Source: Malacoraja senta (lineage: Eukaryota). From it: a DNA stretch of 64,000 nucleotides. Position 1 is the first letter of the stretch. The number at the start of each line of letters is the position of its first letter. Positions 25,871 through 38,387 of this stretch are shown here, one piece after another. The stretch lies in assembly GCA_038087875.1 (NCBI GenBank), contig CM075996.1, positions 8,062,001 through 8,126,000 on the forward strand, given 5' to 3'. The notes beneath the pieces are model-generated. The model ran no database searches, was not told where the DNA came from, and saw nothing but the letters and a program-made list of their open reading frames with translations. The position numbers were made by a program, and so were the translations under genes.

Positions 25871-28603
25871 CCTACCTTGCAGATCCTTCCTGTCCATATG
25901 GAGTCTTGCTCCCAGCGCCCTCTGAGACGGCCGACGTGCGTTTGAGATCTCCATTTCCCAAGTGGTCCGGAGCGGGGTGGAGTGCATCTGGTTGAGGTTC
26001 ATGCCAAACCAGCCGCGTGATAGAGGACTCTCTCTCTCTCTCATCGACGACTATTCCCAGGCTCGCATTCCAAGAGGGCTTGTCGCTGGAAGACTCGATG
26101 AAAGGCGCGGTGGCTCAGTGGTAGAGTTGCTGCCTTGCAGCGCCGGAGTCCCGGGTTCGATCCTGACCACTGGCGCTGTCTGTACGGAGTTTGTACGTTC
26201 TCCCCGTGACTCGCATCTTCGGTTTCCTCCCACACTCAAAAGACGTACAGATCTTTAGGTCAATTGGCTTGGTAAACATGTATAATGTAACGGTAGGTAC
26301 ACAAAAATGCTGGAGAAACTCAGCGGGTGCAGCAGCATCTATGGAGCGAAGGAAATAGGTAACGTTTCGGGCCGAAACCCTTCTTAACCTTGTCCCTGGT
26401 GCGTGTAGGGTTGTGTTAACAGACTCGGTGGGCCGAAGGGCCTGTTTCTGCTTGTCTTTCGTCTAAACGAAACGAAACTTTTTGGTGTGCCCAAGTGTTG
26501 GTGATTTTCTAGGGTGGGAAGGCGGGGATGAGGGGTTGGGGGGGGGGGGGGGGGTCCACGAGGGAATTCTGCCCATTGAAGGAGTCGAGGGACACACTTA
26601 GCCTCGGTGAAACCACCACACAGCGTGTGTGGGGAATCAACGTGGAGGAAGGAACTGCAGATGCTGGTTTACACCGAGGTCAGGCACAAAATGCTGGAGT
26701 AACTCAGCGGGACAGGCAGCATCTCTGGAGAGAAGGAATGGGTGATGTTTCGGGTCGAGACCCTTCTTCAGACTTCAGACAGACCCGAAACGTCACCCAT
26801 TCCTTGTCTCCAGAGATGCTGCCTGTCCCACTGAGTTACTCAAGCATTTGGTGTCTATCTTTGCGTGGAGAAGGAGCAAAGTCGGGTCTGCCACCACTGG
26901 TCATTGAAGGCTGGCTCCTAGAATAACAACGTCGAAAAACTTTTCCCTCATCAATGCTGGAGAAACTCAGCGGGTGAGGCAGCATCTATGGAGCAAAGGA
27001 AATAGGTGAGGTTTCGGGTCGAGACCCTTCTTCAGACTGAGTTTAGCTTAGTTTAGAGATACAGCGAGGAAACAGGCCCTTCGGCCCACCGAGTCCGCAC
27101 CGACCAGCGACCCCCGCATACTAACACTAATCTACACACACCAGGGACAATTTTACCCGAAGCCAATTACCATACGTCTTTGGAGTGTGGGAGGAAACCG
27201 GAGCTCCCGGAGAAAACCCACGCGGGTCACGGGATGAACGGACGAACTCGGCACAGACAGCACCCGTGGTCAGGATCGAACCCGGGTCTCTGGCGCTGTG
27301 AGGCGGCAACTCCACCGCTGCGCCACCGTGCCTACCAACCGCACCAACAAGCACTCTATCTGCTCACCTATGCCTGATGGGATCTTGCTGTGCCTCTTTT
27401 CCTGCACGACGACAATGGCACCTCATCTTCGCCGTGGTTGCGTGGCTGTAATGGGTGGCGCCAGAGACCCGGGTTCCATCCCGACCTCGGGTACTGTTTG
27501 CGTGGAGTTTGCACGTTCTCCCCGGGACCGCGTGGGTTTTCCTCCGGGTGCTCCGCCCCCCCCCCCCCTTTCAACCCAAAGACCTGCGGGGTGTGCAGGT
27601 TAATTGGGTTCTGTGTTGTGTAGGGGAGCGGATGCGAAATTGGGATAACGTGGAACTAGTGTGAACGGGTGGTCGGCATGGACTCGGTGGGCCGAAGGGC
27701 CTGCCGTATCACTGAACTGAACCCAAGCGTGGGGGGACTGTCATACGCCGCTGGGCAGCGGATGATGAATCCAGCCCCTTGTGTTTTCCCAAAATAGTGT
27801 GTGTCTCTGTCTCTATAGTGAACGCATTGTCTCTGCTTGCCGCTTGTGTACTTTAATAGCCTCTTCAGGTCACCCACACATTGAGACACTCCAGAGAGGC
27901 AGACTGTACCCTGGGACCGACTCTTTCCACCTTCGAGTCAAGCACCTGACCTTTTGTTCAACAGTAATCCCAACTTCAAAGAAGCAGGGAAGCCAAATAA
28001 AATGAAAACCCTATCCAAACAATTCACACAGAGTAGTCACTGAGAACTCCCCCGGCGAGGCTACATCTCCTGCCCATGGTTCCGAGAATCTTCACTTTCA
28101 TTGAATTCTTGCTCAAGCCCTTTGTACAGTGAGGCCCGGCTCCCGTGAAGGTCAATGTGAAACAGAATGTTAGGCAGGGAGGCAGGGAGGTCACGCAGTC
28201 ACAGAGTGATACTGTGTGGGTGAAATCAGGGCTGCCGAGGCTGATAGGGACTCGGTTTGGGCAGGTTGGCTGGAAGCCTGCAGATCTTATCTCTTGGGTC
28301 TTAGGGCCAAGGGAATCAAGTGTTATGGGGTCTTAGGGCCAAGGGAATCAAGTGTTATGGGGAAAAAGCTGGAACGGGGTACATATTTTAGATGATCAGC
28401 CATGATCACATTGAATGGCGGTGCTGGCTCGAAGGGCCGAATGGCCTACTCCTGCACCTATTTTCTATGTTTAAGAAAGAACTGCAGATGCTGGTAAAAT
28501 CGAGGGTAGACACAAAATGCTGGAGTAACTCAGCGGGTGAGGCAGCATCTATTGTGAGAAGGAATTGGTCGCCAATAACATAGAAACATTCAAGATTCAA
28601 GAG

Positions 28604-28789
28604 GTTTAAGAAGGAACTGCAGATGCTGGAAAATGGAAGGTAGACAAAAATGCTGGAGAAACTCAGCGGGTTCAGCAGCATCTATGGAGCGAAGGAAATA
28701 GGCAACGTTTCGGGCCGAAACGTTGCTTATTTCCTTCGCTCCATAGATGCTGGTGCACCCGCTGAGTTTCTTCAGCACTTTTGTCTACC
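28604..28789. mobile_element. Miniature PLE-tail fold-back insertion with 13-bp TSD
   Basis: A tail copy followed by its inverse, hinged at AACGTTTCGGGCCGAAACGTT. CAAGATTCAAGAG is duplicated at 28591-28603 and 28790-28802. Confidence 0.8.
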
Positions 28790-28974
28790 CAAGATTCAAG
28801 AGAGGACAATGAAATTCTTGCTTTGCTTCAGCACAACAGAGTATTGTAACTCAGCGGGTGAGGCAATTTGCGACCAATTCTTCCTCTCCATAGATGCTGC
28901 CTCACCCGCTGAGTTACTCCAGCATTTTGCGTCTACCTTGTATGTTTCTATGTTATGCATGGATAAGGATCTAC

Positions 28975-29115
28975 CAGCCCCCCCACCCTGCTACCTATGC
29001 TGTCACGTACTTGACGATCGCCGGTGGGGGACGGTAGGGAGGCAGGGACCGCCGGTGGAGCAGGGGGCGGGAGGGAGAGGGCGAGGCAGGGGGAGGGCGG
29101 GAGGTATAAAAGGAC
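28975..29115 (+). promoter_or_regulatory. Myoglobin proximal promoter: CCAC-like box, CACGTA element, GC boxes, TATA box
   Basis: CCCCCCACCC ~28978-28988, CACGTA 29004-29009, GGGCGGGA at ~29084 and ~29095, TATAAAA 29105-29111, then a short 5' UTR and the ATG at 29204. Confidence 0.75.
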
Positions 29116-29203
29116 TGAGCTGCCTGTGACTTGCAGCCACAACACTCTCTCCGCACACCTCCTCCTCTGCCACCGTTTTTAATCGAAAGTCGGAGTTTGG
29201 ACA

Positions 29204-29286
29204 ATGGGCGACTGGGAGACAGTCAACCAGGTGTGGGGTGCGGTGGAGGGTGATCTGCCCAGTCTGGGCCAGGCCGTCATGCTCAG
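29204..29286 (+). CDS. MB: Myoglobin exon 1 (MGDWETVNQVWGAVEGDLPSLGQAVML-R); full CDS join(29204..29286,36733..36952,38388..38534), 149 aa
   Basis: ATG at 29204 in good context (acaATGG), ~100 bp after TATAAAA. A/B helices carry the two Trp typical of Mb. Ends at the phase-2 donor ag|gtaaga, the canonical globin B12.2 intron position. Confidence 0.95.
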
Positions 29287-30839
29287 GTAAGATGCTCACT
29301 GTGTCCTGCGGAAATAATGCAGGGGTTGGTTATCTCTGCCTGGGACAGTTTAGTCTTACTTTAGAAGATTCAGCGCAGAAACATAGTCAAATATGTGCAG
29401 GAGTAGGCCATTCGGCCCTTCCAGCCAGCACCGCCATTCAATATGGATCATAGCTGGTAGGCATAATTGCTGGAGAAACTCAGCGGGTGCGGCAGCATCT
29501 ATGGAGCATCTATGGATTTCCTTCGCTCCATAGATGCTGCCGCACCCGCTGAGTTTCTCCAGCACTTTTGCCTACTTTCGATTTTCCAGCATCTGCAGTT
29601 CCTTCTTGAACATGGATCATGGCTGGCTGATCGTGGGTCTCGACCCGAAACGTCGCCCATTCCTTCTCTCCAGAGGTGCTGCCTCACTCGCTGAGTTACT
29701 CCAGCATTGTGTGTCTACCTTCCATTTAAACCAGCATCTGCAGTTCTTTCGTACACATCTAAAATCAGTACCCCTTTCCTGCCTTTCCCCCCATATCTCT
29801 TGATTCCTTTAGCCCCTAAGAGCTAAATCTAACTCTCTCTTGAAATTGGGGAAGGCACTTCTGCCCACCAAGTCCGCGACCCTCGCACAGTAACACTACC
29901 CTACACACACTGGGGACAATTTACACTTACGCCAAGCCAATTTACCTACAGACCTGTACGTCTTTGGAGTGTGGGAGGAAACCGAAGATCTCGGAGAAAA
30001 CCCCGCTGCAGGGACTTCAATTCAATCAATTCAGTTTAGTTTAGTCCATTCATTTATTCAGTGAAAAGTTTTTGTTGCATGCTTACCAGTCAGCAGAAAG
30101 GCAATATTTGATTACAATCGAGCCGTCCACAGTGTACAGATACATGATAATGGAATAACGTTTAGTGCAAGGTAAAGCCAGCAAATTACAACTTTTCACT
30201 GTACCTCGCTACACCTGACACTAAACTGAACTGAACTATTGATAGACACAAAAAGCTGGAGTAACTCAGCGGGTCAGGCAGCATCTTTGGAGAGAAGGAG
30301 TAGGTGATGTTTCGGGTCGAGACCCTTCTTCAGACCGAGAGTCAAGGGAAAGGGGACTGTCGTCCTGCTGAGTTTCACTGTTTGCATCCACTCGTTATCA
30401 TCTTCCCCGCAGCCAACAATGGACCATTGTGGGCTCCACCGTTCCTTGATCATCGTTGCTGGCTTTGACCTGTTTTTTTTTTTGCATTCCCTCCATTCAT
30501 TTATTCTTTGTACCTTTTCATATCTCACGGTTCCCTCTCCCCTGACTCTCAGTCTGAAGAAGGGTCTCGATCCAAAACGGCACCCATTCCTTTTCCCCAG
30601 AGATGCTGCCTGTCCCGCTGAGTTACTCCAGCACTTTGTTCTGATTGAGGCAGTGCAGCGTAGGTTCACGAGATTGATCCCTGGGATGGCGGGACTGTCT
30701 TGTGAGGAAATATTGAAAAGACTAGGCTTGTATTCACTGGAGTTTAGAAGGATGAGGGGGTATCTTATAGAAACATATAAAATTATAAAAGGACTGGACA
30801 AGCTAGATGCAGGAAAAATGTTCCCAATGTTGGGCGAGT

Positions 30840-31039
30840 NNNNNNNNNNNNNNNNNNNNNNNNNNNNNNNNNNNNNNNNNNNNNNNNNNNNNNNNNNNNN
30901 NNNNNNNNNNNNNNNNNNNNNNNNNNNNNNNNNNNNNNNNNNNNNNNNNNNNNNNNNNNNNNNNNNNNNNNNNNNNNNNNNNNNNNNNNNNNNNNNNNNN
31001 NNNNNNNNNNNNNNNNNNNNNNNNNNNNNNNNNNNNNNN
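30840..31039. other. Assembly gap (200 N) within MB intron 1
   Basis: Run of N following a CR1 fragment. Confidence 1.
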
Positions 31040-32300
31040 AACCATCCCACCACAACCAGAGAAATGCTGAACTACTATCAACCTCATTGGTGACCCTCGG
31101 ACTATCTGTGATCGGATTTTACTGGCTTTATCTTGCACTAAACGTTATCCCCATTATCATGGATATCTTCGGTGTAAACCAGCATCTGCAGTTCCTTCGT
31201 TCGAACACATTTTGTCAACTTTCAGTGGTTTACGTGCGAGGACAAGTCCTTTTGTCCCTCCCCCTGTTGTACTTTCTCTCTGTGACCACATGGGTTTCCT
31301 CCGGGTGCTCCGGTTTCCTCCCACATCCCAAAGACGTGCAGGTTTGTAGGTTAATTGACCTCTGTAAATCGCCCCTGGTGTGTAAGGATTGGATAACATT
31401 GAACGAGTGTGCACGGGTGATCGATGGTCTGCATGGATTCGGTGGGCCGAATGGCCTGTTTTCACCTCCAGATTCAGGGACTGTTTCTTCCCAGCTGTTA
31501 TTAGGCAACTGAATCATCCTACCACTACCTCTTTGGTGACCCTCGGACTATCCTTGATCGGACTTTGCTGGCTGTGCCCTGCACTAAGCGTTATTCCCTT
31601 ACCATGTATCTGTACACTGTAAATGGCTCGATTGTAATCATGTATTGTCTTTCTGCTGACTGGTTAGCACGCAACAAAAGGTTTTCACTGTACACGCTGC
31701 AATAAAACCAAACGAAACCAAATCATGCTGAATCTAGAAAACAAAATTCATCTCTAGATCCAACATCAAAAAACAGCAGATTTATCAAATGCGATTTCTC
31801 TATTTTAATAATACCACTTCCTTAATAATGGATTCTCACGTTTTCCCCACTACAGATCTTAGGCTGAAAACCTAAAAACTACAGATCTTAGGCTGAAAAC
31901 CTAAAAACTGCAGATGAAAACCTAAAAACTGAGACTAAGACTTTGCCTCCATCACAGTGAGGATGTGCTTGGTGAACTCACTGTGGATGATGTTTTAATT
32001 TGTGTTTATTGTATGTTTTGATATTATTGGTTTTGTGTATGACTGCAGGCATCACAATTTCGTTCAGACCGAAACGTCTGAATGACAATAAAGGAAATCT
32101 TGATCTTGAAATCTTGATCTTGATCTCTTGATGCTGGAAATCTGATGCAGTACCTTTGTTAAGTCAGTTTTTTTTCCCACAGACACTGCCCGACATGCTG
32201 AGTGTTTCCAGCACATTTTGTTTTTATCACAGATATTAGCTTAACGATTCTGCAGTTCCCCATTTTTTCTCTTTTTTTTCTTTTTTTTCCTCTTTTTTTC

Positions 32301-32353
<53 letters not shown>

Positions 32354-34914
32354 TTATTTTTTATTTTTTTGGCGTTTAGATTTATAGATACAGCGTGGAT
32401 ACAGGCCCTTTGGCCCACTGGGTCCACGCCAACCAACCCCGTACACTAGTTCTGTTCCACACACTAGTGACCAATTCTGAAGTCAATGAACCTGTACGTC
32501 TTTGGAGTGTGGGTGGAAGCCGGAGCACCCGGAGAAACCCCACGTAGGTCACAGGGAGAACGTACAAACTCCTTACAGGCAGCACCCGTGGTTTGGATCG
32601 AACTCTGATCTCTGGCGCTGTGAGGCAGCAACTCTACCGCTGTGCCACTGTGCCAGTCCCTAAGTGCAGGCAGATATTACAGTCATGTTTAAAATGCTTT
32701 TAGATGTGTAGATGGATATGCAGGGAATGGAGGGATATGGATCATGTGCAGGCAAGGGAGACTAGTTTAACATTGCATCATGTTCAGTATGGAGATTGTG
32801 GGCCGAAGGGCCTGTTCTAGTGCTGTACTGTTCTATGCTCTGTGTTCTTTAAAGTCTGCCTTTATGCCGCACTGTGATTTTTTCTTCCATTCCACATCCT
32901 TTCTTCGTATCGTGTATATTGGCCTTGCCTTTTCCAAATTCGGAGGCTCAGCTACTTTTTTTTGGCATGTTCTCAGCCTCGTTCTTTGCTCTGGTGCTCT
33001 CATTAACGCTCTGCCAACAAAACGAAGTTATTGGATTACTTGCCCTGCCTCTGGAGATCTGCGCTGGTGTGGGATTTCAGTTCAATTAAAAAAACATAAT
33101 GAAAATAAAACACAGGGTTGCTTTGTAGCTCGCAAAACGAACCATCAGGTTTGACGGGTTGGCCAGTCACAGCGGTAGAGATGCTGCCTTACAGCGAATG
33201 CAGCGCCGGAGACCCGGGTTCGATCCCGTCCACGGGCGCTGTCTGTACGGAGTTTGTACGTTCTCCCCATGACCGCGTGGATTTTCTCCGAGATCTTCGG
33301 TTTCCACCCACACTCCAAAGAGAATGGGGTTGAGAGGGCAAGATAGGTCAGCCATGATTGAAGGGCGGAGTAGACAAGATGGGCCAAATGGCCTAATTCT
33401 GCTCCTATCACTTCTGAGTTCTGACCTTATGGCAGCCTCAGCAACCTTGGTTCCGTGCTGACTGACCTAGGGTGCACTCTGCACTGTCTCAGCATGATGT
33501 GACTGCGTGGATCACTTCCCCAGAGTCCTTCCACCCCCCCACCACCACTTCCCCGGGACGTGCAGCTTGGTGGGTTTACTGGCAGCTGTGAGTTATCTTA
33601 GGCGTGCGAGCGAGAGATAGAATCTGGGTGGAGAAGAGATAACAAGGATTTTGTTTAGTTTACGGATACAGCACGGAAACAGGCCCTTCGGCCCATCGGG
33701 TCTGCACTGACCTGTGACATTAAGGGACAGAAGTTTGTCCCTTAATGTCACAGAACTCCTTTACTCAGAGAATGGTAGCCGTGTGGAATGAGCTTCCAGT
33801 GGAAGTGGTGAAGGCAGGTTCGATTTTTATCATTTTAAGCGACTTTGAGTCCTGAAAAGCGCTATATAAATAAAATCTATTATTATTATTATTATTATTT
33901 AAAAATAAATTGGATAGGTTTATGGACGGGAAAGGAATTGAGGGTTATGGTCTGAGTGCAGGTAGATGGGACTAGGGGAGAATAAGTGTTTGGCACGGAC
34001 TAGAAGGGCCGAGATGGCCTGTTTCTTCGTATCGTTTCCGTACTGTAATTGTTATATGGTTATTAATGCTACCCTGCGCACACAATTTACACTTAAACCA
34101 AGCCAATTAACCTACAAACCTGCACACCTTTGGAAACCGAAGATCTCGGAGAAAACCCATGTGGGTGGGTCACGGGGTAACGTACAAACTCTGTGCAGAC
34201 AGCATCCGTGGTCGGGATCGAACCCTGGTCTCCGGCGCTGCAAGTGCTGTAAGGCAGCAACTCTACCGCTGCGCCACCGTGCCGCCCTAATGATTAGAGG
34301 AGGCAAGGAATTAACCCATGATTTGCCAAAACGAGACTGGACAGTTGCCAAAAGATGTGCTGGTTCTGGAGAGGGTCACGGATATTTCCACCAGTGGGAG
34401 AGCCAAGGACTAGAGGTCACAGCCTCAGAATTAAAGGACGTTTCTTTAGGAAGGAGATGAGGAGGCATTTCTTTAGTCAGAGGGTGGTGAATCTGTGGAA
34501 TTCTTTGTCACAGAAGGCTGCGGAGGCCAAATCATTGGATAGTTTTTAAAGCAGAGAGAGATAGAGTCTTGATTAGTGTGGGTGTCAGGGGTTATGGGGA
34601 GAAGGCAGGTGAATGGGGTTAGGAGGGAGAGATAGATCAGCCGTGATTGAATGGCAGAGTAGACTTGATGGGCCGAATGGCCTATTTCTGCTCCTATCAC
34701 TTATGACCTTATGACTCGGTTAGGCTGAAATGACTCCTTCTACATCAGAGGCTAATATGGGGAGAAAGTGGGAACTCTGCATCTTTACTGAGTCGATCGC
34801 TGGTCGGCGTACACTTGGTGGGCCGAATGGACCTGTTTCCGTGCTGTATCTCTAAACTAAACTAAGCTACAGTAAATCACGTTTGATCTTGATTTATATT
34901 CTTAGTTTAGTTTA

Positions 34915-35680
34915 AGTATGTAAGTTTATTGGGCAAGTATTCACATACAAGGAATTTGCCTTGGTGCTCTGCCCACAAGTAACAACATGACATACAGTGA
35001 CAGTTACGAGTGACTCAGAAAACACCAAACATTAATAATAATAATAAAACATTAATGATAAAACACCATTGATCAAGCATGTGAACCAACAAAATACCAG
35101 ATCAAAGGGAGCCTACAGATTTTTGGCTGTTGAGTAGAACAACTACTCGTGGATAAAAACTGTTTTTATGTCTGGCTGTGGCAGCTTTGACAGTCCGGAG
35201 TCGCCTTCCAGAGGGAAGTGATTCAAAGAGTTTGTGGCCAGGGTGAGAGGGGTCAGAGATGATCTTGCCCGCTCGCTTCCTGGCCCTTACGGTTCATCAA
35301 TGGAGGGAAGGTTGCAGCCAATAATCTTCTCAGCTGATCGGACGATTCGCTGCAGCCTCCAGGTGTCGTGCTTGGTGGCTGAGCCAAACCAGACCATGAT
35401 GGAGAAGGTGCGAACAGACACTACAATGGCCGTGTAGAATTGGACCATCATTGCCTGTGGCAGGCACACAAAAATGCTGGAGAAACTCAGCGGGTGCAGC
35501 AGCATCTATATAGCGAAGGAAATAGGTAACGTTTCGGGCCGAAACCCTTCTTCAGACTAGCAGATTGTGTTTTCTCAGCTGCCGCAGGAAGTACATCCTC
35601 TGTTGTGCCTTTTTGAGTGTGGAGTCGATGGTAGCCCCCCACTTAAGGTCCTTGGAGATGATGGTTCCCAGGAACTTTAG
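34915..35680 (-). mobile_element. Rex1/Babar-like LINE 3' fragment in MB intron 1 (related pieces at ~11350-11500, 44690-44930, 57445-57785)
   Basis: MVQFYTAI..SV.TFSI.VWFGSATKHDTWRLQRIVRSAEKIIGCNLPS and SDPSHPGHKLFESLPSGRR motifs. Confidence 0.75.
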
Positions 35681-36732
35681 TCTAGATTAGAGATGCAGCG
35701 CAGAAACAGGCCCTTCGGCCCACCAAGTGTACGACGACCAGCGATCACCTCGTACACTAACACTAGACACAATTTACAATTATACCAAGCCAATTAATCT
35801 ACACACCTGTAGGTCTTTGGAGTGTGGGAGGAAACCGAAGGTCTCGGAGAAAACCCACGCAGGTCACGGGGAGAGTGTACAAACTCCGTACAGACAGTAC
35901 CCGTAGTCGGGATCGAACCCGGGTCTCTGGCACTGTGGGGCAGCAACTCTACTGTGGGGCTGCGCTATTCTGTGGAGAAAGGAACTGTAGATACTGAAGA
36001 TGGAGACGAAGTGCAGGAGGGACTCAGTGGGTCAGACAACATCTCTGGAAAAAAAGGATGTAACGTTTCGGGTCGGGACCCTTCTTCTCCAGTGATGCTG
36101 CCTGACCTGCTGAGTTACTGCAGCACTTTGTGTCTTGATTTGAATTCTCTCTTGTTGTGGGTACATTTCCCCAAAAGCCATTAACTGTCCGATTATTGCT
36201 GGTTCGACTGCCCCGTCCGCGGGAGAATAAGGAGGAAAGAAGATAAGACTTTATTGCCTTCCATCACAGCGAGGAATGTGGGGAATCCGCCGTGGTGGAT
36301 GTTTGTATTGACTTTTATGTAGTTGTGCGTCTTGTTGCTTTTTCTTGGTCGGACAGAAAATGGCAAATCAAATTCTTTGCATGATCTTCTTACATACCTG
36401 GCTAATAAATGTTCTTGTAATCCTTGTATATGACCGTAGTCTCTCGCTCCTCCTCCCCCTCCCTCTCCCCCCTTCCTCTCTCTCTCTTTATCTCCCTCCC
36501 CCTCTACCTCTCTTTCTGACCGCCGTGGGTGGGGGGGAGGGGGAGAACCGAGGGGGGGGAGTGGCGCGGATTCGGGGAGGGGGTGGAGTTTGTAGCATAG
36601 TAAGCGCCCTTTATGTGGGGACTATTTGCATACCTTGGCAAGGTTTGCAAGCAAAGAATTTTCACTGCGACCTGTCACGTGTGCCAAAAAAAGCTATCCA
36701 TTCAGTTCATTCCACCACTCCTTGTACTCCAG

Positions 36733-36952
36733 GTTATTGACGGATCACCCAGGGACAAAAGCCTACTTCTCCAAGTTTAAGAGCATGTCCCAGTCTCAGC
36801 TGGAGAAGGACGAGGATCTGAAAGCCCAGGGCAACACCGTGCTGAAGGCTCTGGGAGATATTGTGAAAACGAAGGGTAACCATAGCTGCAACGTGAAGGC
36901 TCTCGCAGCCACACACATCCACAAGCACAAGGTCCCACCCGAGAACTTCACT
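36733..36952 (+). CDS. MB: Myoglobin exon 2 (LLTDHPGTKAYFSKFKSMSQSQLEKDEDLKAQGNTVLKALGDIVKTKGNHSCNVKALAATHIHKHKVPPENFT)
   Basis: Acceptor tactccag|G and donor ACT|gtaagt; 220 nt, in frame with exon 1. Contains C2 Pro, CD1 Phe, E11 Val and proximal F8 His (ATH..KHKVP). Intron position G7.0. Confidence 0.97.
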
Positions 36953-37989
36953 GTAAGTATAACACCATATAACTGGCCAATAACTTTTGATGTGCAGGAA
37001 GGAACTGCAGATACTGGTTTAAACCGAAGATAGACACAAAATACTGGAGTAACTCAGCGGGACAGGCAGCATCTCTGGAGAGGAGGAATGGGTGACGTTT
37101 CGGGTCGAGGGTCTTGCTTAGACTGAGACTGAGAGTCGGGGGAGAGGGAGACACAGAGATAAGGAAGTGTTCCTTCTCTCCAGAGATTCTCTCCTGAGTT
37201 ACTCCAGCATTTTATCAGACTACCCTTGAACAGACTTTGCTGGCTTTACCTTGCACTAAACGTTATTCCTTGATCATGTCAGGTAAAGCCAGCAAAGTCT
37301 GATCAAGGACAGTCTGAGGGTCACCAAAGAAGTAGATAGTAGTGCAGCATTGCTCTCTTGCTGTGGGGGAGGGACGTTAGGGAAGAAAGCTGGAGCTCCC
37401 GATAGAGAGAATAGGATAAACATTGTGGGCTAAAGGGCCTGTCACTGTGCTATCTTCTGTAACATCTGTGCCACCAACAACCAATTCAGTTTGGAGATAC
37501 AGCGTGTCAACAGGCCCTTCAGCCCACCGAGTCTGTGCCCACTAACCATCCCCGCACAAAGTAAGCATAACTTGAGGAGATTTCGCAGTGAAGTGGTCAA
37601 ATGCAGAGACAAGGAACTGCAGATGCTGGTTTACATCTCTGCGGTGAAATCTCCTCAAGGTATGCCTGCTTTGTAGTTTTCCTTGTCCTCCAACAGAAGT
37701 TGTGGCATTCGCTCCCCCCCCCCCCCAATCAGTCTGAAGAAGGGTCTCACCTCGAAACAGAACCTAACGATGTCCTCCAGAGATGTTGCCTGACCCGCTG
37801 AGTTACTCCGGCACGCTATGTCCTTTTTGTTTTGGTAAACCAATATCTGCACTTCCTTGTTTCCACTAGAATGTGTGACGAATTTTTGTACAGTTTTTGG
37901 GTTTTGTTTTATATTGTATATTTTTAAATTGTCTATAAGGTTTATTTTTGGAAATAATAAGAAATAATTATCAGCCCTTGAGATGTCGG

Positions 37990-38310
37990 TCACACGCGCA
38001 CAAACGCACACATACACACATGCAAGCAGCCACACACATGCACATACGACCGCACATGCACGCAACACATACGATCGCACATGCACGCACACACATATAC
38101 ATGCATGCACGTATACACTCACACACACATGTACGCGCACATACATGCCGCACACTCACACATATGCACACATACATACACATGCACTCACACGCATGCA
38201 TGCACACATGCACTTGCATGCACGCACTCACACACATGCATTCTCACACACGCACGCACACACACACACATGCACGCACTCACACACACATGCACGCACA
38301 CTCATACACA
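37990..38310. repeat. Compound (CA)n microsatellite in MB intron 2
   Basis: Degenerate CA/CACATG repeats ending ~80 bp upstream of the exon 3 acceptor. Confidence 0.95.
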
Positions 38311-38387
38311 AAAGTGATTCAGTGCACCGTCCCATGGAATTAATGCCGCTCTCACCTCACTCTTGTTCCCTTGCCGTGTCTCTCCAG

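Noticed and set aside
30274..31138. Long ORFs spanning 30.3-31.1 kb
   Set aside because: Artefacts of PLE-tail and CR1 fragments joined across the N gap.
31850..31932. Short ~29-bp tandem repeat (and a ~33-bp duplication at ~28295-28362)
   Set aside because: Ordinary local slippage duplications with no further structure.
36626..37033. 135-aa ORF as a single-exon globin
   Set aside because: It is MB exon 2 plus intronic read-through on both sides; the splice sites are clear.
37983..38387. Long His-rich N-terminal extension in frame with MB exon 3
   Set aside because: Open only because of the CA repeat; the real exon begins at the acceptor at 38388.
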